Shown in pieces: positions 57,846 to 64,000 of a stretch of 64,000 nucleotides of DNA. Below the pieces are notes generated by a model. That model searched no databases. It was not told the DNA's origin and saw only the letters and a program-made list of their open reading frames with translations. Made by a program: the position numbers and the translations under genes. This stretch comes from Adineta vaga (Eukaryota > Animalia > Rotifera). Where the stretch lies: NCBI GenBank assembly GCA_021613535.1, contig CP075492.1, forward strand, positions 9,238,001-9,302,000. The letters are read 5' to 3'. The first letter of the stretch is position 1. Each line of letters starts with the position of its first letter.

Positions 57846-60800
57846 TCACATAAATTCAGCTGCAATGATTGTGTTAACATGTTGTGAAATTTGATTGAGA
57901 AATGATGATGTATCTGCGGGATTCAATGGAATACGCCTCACTTGACTGTCTTTTTTATCGTCTTTAAAGATTTGTTCGATATTTGTAAACATGAAGTCAA
58001 CGTAATCTGTAAATTTGGTTAATAAAAGAAAAATATCACGTTCCTTTATCTCCATGATTATCTCTTTCATCGGTCGAACATCACGTAAACCATCTAAATG
58101 TTTATCCCAAACACTACCTTTATCATGACAAAATGCCGTATGTCCAGGACAATCACCAACCCAAATAATCATTTGTGCTGCGCGCGAAGGTTTATCTTTA
58201 TTTCGAATCGACGAAGGGTTTTTCTAAAATATCAAATAGTTATTTATTTTTCTCATACAAGTTAAAATCTTTCAGTTCTTACTGGAATCGGTGTCCAACT
58301 TAATCGTAATGCTTTTTCTAAACCACCTTGTACATCTTCGCATATGTCATCATTGGCAATTGGTTTTTGACTTTCTATTTTCTTTCGAACTAGTTCAAGA
58401 TTTTCTGCTTGATGAAAATCAATCACATCAAAACGTTCAGCATTTGTATAATCACGATAGGCAACAAATGCCATTCGTAAAATTGAATTTTTACCAAATT
58501 TATCTTTCATATCTTTCTGAATATTTTCTGCAATTGTTAATATATGAGTTTTACCAGCTTCAATCCATGGTCCCATTGAACCCGTACAATCCATAACAAA
58601 ACAGATTTCAACAATTAATGGATTATTAAATGCATTATCAGAAAATGTCAATTCAATTGCATCATGTGCATTTTTTGTTATTGAATCAAAATATCTTTGC
58701 ATTGTTTCATCTTTCCAAATGTCATCAGGAGATGAATAATTTTGTTGATTTTCTCCAAGAATTTTTGTTAAATTTTCTTCATGAAATAAAAGATCATTAG
58801 GTGTTTGTCCATCAGTTTGTTCATTTGACCATTGAATTAAAGCATCAGAAATTAAAGATGGATTTTGTGCAATAATCCAATCATTGAATGCTAAACTAAC
58901 TCCATTTGATTCAAAACCAAAACCTAAACCAAGAATATTTATTGAACGTTCTTCAGCATAAGAAATAATTTGATGAATAAAAGCTCCACGTGTATCATAA
59001 CCATCGGTAAAGACAAAAATCATCATTGGACCATTATTACTATTTGCAGCTGATTGTTGTTGTAATAATTCACTTGCTGCAAATATAGCATCACTTAATA
59101 ATGTTAATTCTCCATCAACTTTTAATGCATTTTGAAAATGATGTAGAAATAATCGATCATATGTTTGTTTATAACTTTTTATCAATTGAATATGTTGTCC
59201 ACATGTTAAAACATTAAAATCTTCGATACCAATTCGATTTAATGCTGCACAAAATGATAAGAAAATATCGACAGCAGCAAAATAACTTGGTCCTGTCATT
59301 GAAACTGATTGATCAAGAATCAAAGCAATACGATATTCAGGTTTTGGTGCACCAATTTGATTTAAATAAATTCGATTATATTGTCCTTGTGTACAAATAA
59401 ATCGAACAATACCTGGAATAAATAAACGATTTCCTCGTGTATCAGGTAAAGATTGTGTTGGTTTATATGCTGGAAGAATATTATCTTCTAATGCTCGAAC
59501 TATATCATTTATATACGATTCAAATTGTTGTTCAAGTTGTTGTAAAATTTTGTCAGTATTAACAAGAATTGCATCATGAGTTTCTAAATCTGAATAACTT
59601 TTTTCTAATGCATTCATTATCTCAGTATAATGATCATGCAATTCTTTTGATGCATGTGATAAATCAATATGAAATTGTGATTGACTTGTTTGTCGTTCAA
59701 GTTTTCGTCTAGAATCACTAATATATGATCGACCTGTATAATGCATATTGGGATGTTTCCAACTAGTAATATTTGTAAAATGAGATAGAGTAAATGGAAT
59801 TAATCGATGTATTTTAGTAAGATTTGTCGAAGGAGATGTTTTGATATTACTAATATTTGGTTTTAAATGAGTTAATATTGATTCTTCAATAAGATTAACT
59901 AAATCATTAACGACTGTTTTTGTTAACATATTTAACTGACCAATTTCAATCAATTGATTTCGTCCAGGTGCAACACTAGTAATAAATTCTTTTGTTTTAA
60001 GTTCATGTTCAAGAATCTGTTTTTCAAAATCCGTCATATGTTCGACATCTTTACCTTTGGATGGTAATGGAGGTATAATACAAACGATATAAAGTTTTGC
60101 ATCGGCTCGATCTAATTCGTTATGAAATAATTTCGGATCTGTTTGCGCTGAAATACCATCGGTTATCATTATAATAAAACGTTTCACATTCGATTTTTTC
60201 TGTCCACCAAAAAGTTTATCATTTTCTGCGATTTGTTTTAAAGCTGTTGCTGGTAAAGTTTTTTCATCCGTAGTAAATGATTCGAGAATAAATTGTCCTT
60301 GTGCTAAATATTTTTGTTGAAGATTTGATGTTTGTTCATCGGATGAAATTTCAATATTTTCCTGCATTGATGTATATGAAAGTGGTTTAAGAATTTTCTG
60401 TTCACCACCAAATCTTAACACAGCAAATTTCCATTCAAGTCGATGAAATGTTTCCATAAGTATAACTAATGTATTTAAAGCTTCTTGAATCTTTTTTCCA
60501 CTCATACTTCCACTATTATCAACACAAAAGATAAATTCAAATTGTAAATCACTCTGTTGTTGATTGTAAAGACGTGTTAAAGCTGAACGTAATCGTGTCA
60601 ATAACATCGTTTGAATATTTCGTGTTAAACGAGCTAATAGAGCATAACGTGGTTTATTTAATTGAATATCTGGTAATTGTTCTGGATCACAAATTTCTGT
60701 GATTTGTCCAATATCATATTTGTTAACCGATTTCAATAAACTATTGAATGTATTGTTTGCTTGTTCTTTTAAATCTTTTCTACTTGCTATTACTCGATAG

Positions 60801-63800
60801 TTTTTCACTTCCGAACTATTTGATTTCACATCATCTTCATCAACAATTTTCACATGCATCTTTTTACTTAAAAGTGCTTGATTGATTTCAATTGATGGAT
60901 GATTACCGTTAATATTGGATCGAACATAACCTCGATCATCAATTTCTAAAGTAATATCTCGATTTACAATGGAAATATCTTCTGTTTTTGATAATGTTGT
61001 TCCAGTTAAATTTGATATATCCTTAATTTCTTCATCATCATCATCATCATTTGTACTGACATTTTTATCATAATTTGAAAGTAAATTTTCCAGTTGAATA
61101 CCAAATCGATTTGATGTGAAATTTTCCGACAGTGTTCCTTCTCTAAATTTTGATTCTTCAAAATTTTGCATTAATTGTTGAATTTGATCGAGAACAATAC
61201 GTTCTTGTGCTTGTTGACTACGATCGGAATGTTTAATCTCGGATATTTCTCCATCCTCAGGCACATCATAATCTTCCAATGATTCATTTTTCTTATTTGA
61301 TTTCCATATTCGACGTAATTCTTCTGATTCACAAAGTTTATCTAATACTTGAGTTAAATCAATTTGAATTTCATGACATTTATCTTTGATATGACCACTG
61401 ATATCAGATGTTGATCGATCAATCCATTCTAAATATTTATATAATTGTAATGATACACAAAATACTTGTGGAAGATCTGTTTTAGCTAATTTTTCAATTT
61501 CTTCACGCATTTTATTTGCTGCCATTTGTTGTAAAGCATTGATTGTTAATTGAATAGTTTTATTTAATTGACTTGCTGATGATAAATATGTTATTGTTTG
61601 TGAAAGATCTAAATCGTCATTTCCAATTATATTTAAGACTTGTTCTTCAGATTGTTGATTTAAAAGAACAATTTCATGTGTTAATATTTGAATTTCTTTT
61701 TCAGCGACTAATCGATTCTCTAAAGAAATATTAGTTGGTAACGGTGATTCGGGAATGATTGGATCATTTAGAATATCATGTGAAATGGAAACACGACGTA
61801 TTTGATCAGGTTGATTCAGTTCTATTTGAGTGAAAAAAGAACGAGTTGCGGTCGTCGTGTTAACAATTGATGGTTTGATAATTTCTTCTTTTTTATCAAG
61901 TACAGGACGAATTTTCGATGGATTCGTTTCGATTCGAGTGACACTTGGTGTTGCATCATTCAAAAGATTTTCCTGTGTTCCATTGATTGCTAATCCAATA
62001 GCTTCTAAAACCAATGTGATCGTATTATTTGCTTTAAGAAACATGGCAATGCCAGAAATTGTAGAAAAAGCTGCTTGAATTGAATCGGAGTTATTTGGAT
62101 GACTGCAAAGAATCAAATCTAATGTTGTTCGAACAAGAAAATAAAGTTGTTCCACTTGTTTATTTCTCATTGTTGATTGTTGAAATATTTGAATCATTCT
62201 AGTTAAGTTCATAACAATATTTCTTATCCTTTTACCTGTTTCGAATAAATCAATTTGTATAGTTGAAATGCCAAATAGAGACATTAGTTCAATAGTAATC
62301 GACAAATATTCATCAAAAGAAAGTATTCTTTCACTGGTAAATCTTTTGATAATTGGACTCATTTTTCTTAAGATTTGCTTTTCTCTATCATTAACAAATG
62401 AATTAGCAATGGATAGAATCGATTCATAAGTGATTGATTGACGATTAAGTTTCTTATGTAACAATTCCAATATTGATTGAAGGTTATCATGAAAATCTGA
62501 TGGAAGATAAAGTTGAATAGTTATTTGAAATTGATTTAATATTTGTTGACTATCGTTTGATTCGATCGATTCAATGAAATTATAAACTACGATAAGTCTT
62601 TTTCTCAAATTTCCGTTTGATAAACAAGATGAAACAATTTTTAATGTAGTTTTCAATAAATCAATCTTTGTTTTATCGGTACTCTTTTTTGCGCGTTGTA
62701 ATTCTTTTCCTAGAGAGCAAATCGAAGGTAAATAAGATGGTAAATGTGTTTTTAATTCATCTGTAAGAGATAATGTTTTAAGAATTTCAAAAGGATCACT
62801 TGTTTGAGAGAAAACTTTTGATAGATTACTAACAATTGATACAGCTTGCGTTGGTGAGTTTTGAAAAAATTCACATGCGACTAAATGAACAGCTGCTTCT
62901 GAATCATAATTTTGAATATGTTGAATTAATTGTAAAATAGAAGTTAAAGATCGACCAGTTTTGACATCATTTAATAGAATAATCATTTCGAAAGCAAATT
63001 CAAGAGAATCTTTTGTTGCTATTGATTGTGTTAATAGACCATCTAAAACATTGACAATTTGACAAATTTCTTTTTTCATCGAAGGAAAAAGTGCAGTAGT
63101 TTGTGAAATAGCTAGTATCTTTTCATCATCTTGTAAATTTACGTAAATATTTGATATAACTTGAAGTGTAGGAGATAATTTCTCCGATGCCATGATCGAT
63201 GCTACGGATAAGATAACTGGAATAAGAAGTTTTCGTTCGATAGCTTGTGTATAATCTAATCTTTCTACTAATTCGAATATATGTTTATATCTTTCTTGAT
63301 TTGGTAATAAAGTAGAAAGTTTTTTCAATGCATGATATTTATCTATTTTAAGTAGATTTAATACTTGGAATGATATTGAAAATGCTCTACTAGTTTCTAT
63401 ATTATAATTGTCACGCATGTTTTTCAGAAACATTTTCTCTTCTTGTTGTTCGTTAGTAGTCCATAATTTAATTCCTTCATTGAAACCTATTCGAACACTA
63501 TCAGGTAAGAAAAGTGCAATGGATTTCAAAGCTGTAATTGGTTCATTTAAGCCACGCTTAATTATGGTACCTAAACTAACTTTATCATTGTTAACAAGTT
63601 CAGGCTCAATAATTTGTTGACTCCATTCACAAATGTGTTGTCTTGAAACTCTAGAATTTGTCAAAGGTAGAGAGAAAAATATTTGACGAGCCTTATCAGA
63701 AACTTTGTTATTCGATACTAGAGATAACATTTTATCCACTATGAATATATCTTGATTTTCCATTATATTCGACGATTGCATTGCTTTGACAATAGGTTGA

Positions 63801-64000
63801 AGAGATTCTTTTAATTGAATATTAGGAATACATTCAATTATTTCTGGAATTATTATATGCATATTTAATTCTGAAAGTTTTTCCTTGGATATTGTTCGAA
63901 GATTTTCAATTGAATCGATAATAGAATCTGATTGATGTCGAGATAATCGTGTACTTCTATTCATCCACATGGCCAATTCGTTGAAAGATAAATCGTTCAT
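57846..64000 (-). CDS. Giant protein (5' end outside the window): helical region followed by three vWA/MIDAS domains
   Basis: Open from 64000 to 58283, intron 58282-58224, last exon 58223-57846. vWA1 FIFCVDNSGSM...ITDG; vWA2 YRIALILDQSVSM...FTDG; vWA3 EICFVMDCTGSM...AFVAYRDY...EDVQGGL...WVGDCPGH. Confidence 0.88.

Overview
AT-rich eukaryotic (metazoan) genomic DNA with many short (~50-65 nt) GT-AG introns, so the ORF track shows only exon fragments; I spliced gene models by hand. Several features point to a bdelloid rotifer (inference): core animal genes (ELAV, MTG/nervy, MAP4K, nuclear receptor, Ig cell-surface protein), genes from families typical of non-metazoans (jacalin lectin, laccase-type oxidase, PhyH dioxygenase, wax-synthase MBOAT), and short TGTGGG/TGAGGG tracts. 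The window holds about 18 protein-coding genes, three pseudogene fragments (retinoblastoma-family, JNK, multicopper oxidase) clustered in a 12.6-20.5 kb block, three MITEs (hAT-, piggyBac- and Tc1/mariner-like) and two hairpins. Best leads: (1) a 2xPBZ-acidic-coiled coil-PARP(H-Y-E)-BRCT gene placed head-to-head with a gene carrying four atypical C-x(20-25)-C...H-x3-H zinc-finger-like repeats; (2) an intact 11-exon PP1 paralogue with near-isosteric loss of metal ligands (D64N, D92N, H173Q) plus R221A, a candidate PPP pseudophosphatase; (3) a giant, almost intronless protein ending in three vWA/MIDAS domains, convergent with a ~930-aa coiled-coil protein; (4) a 27-nt cassette exon in the ELAV hinge. 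No rRNA, tRNA or CRISPR was recognised.
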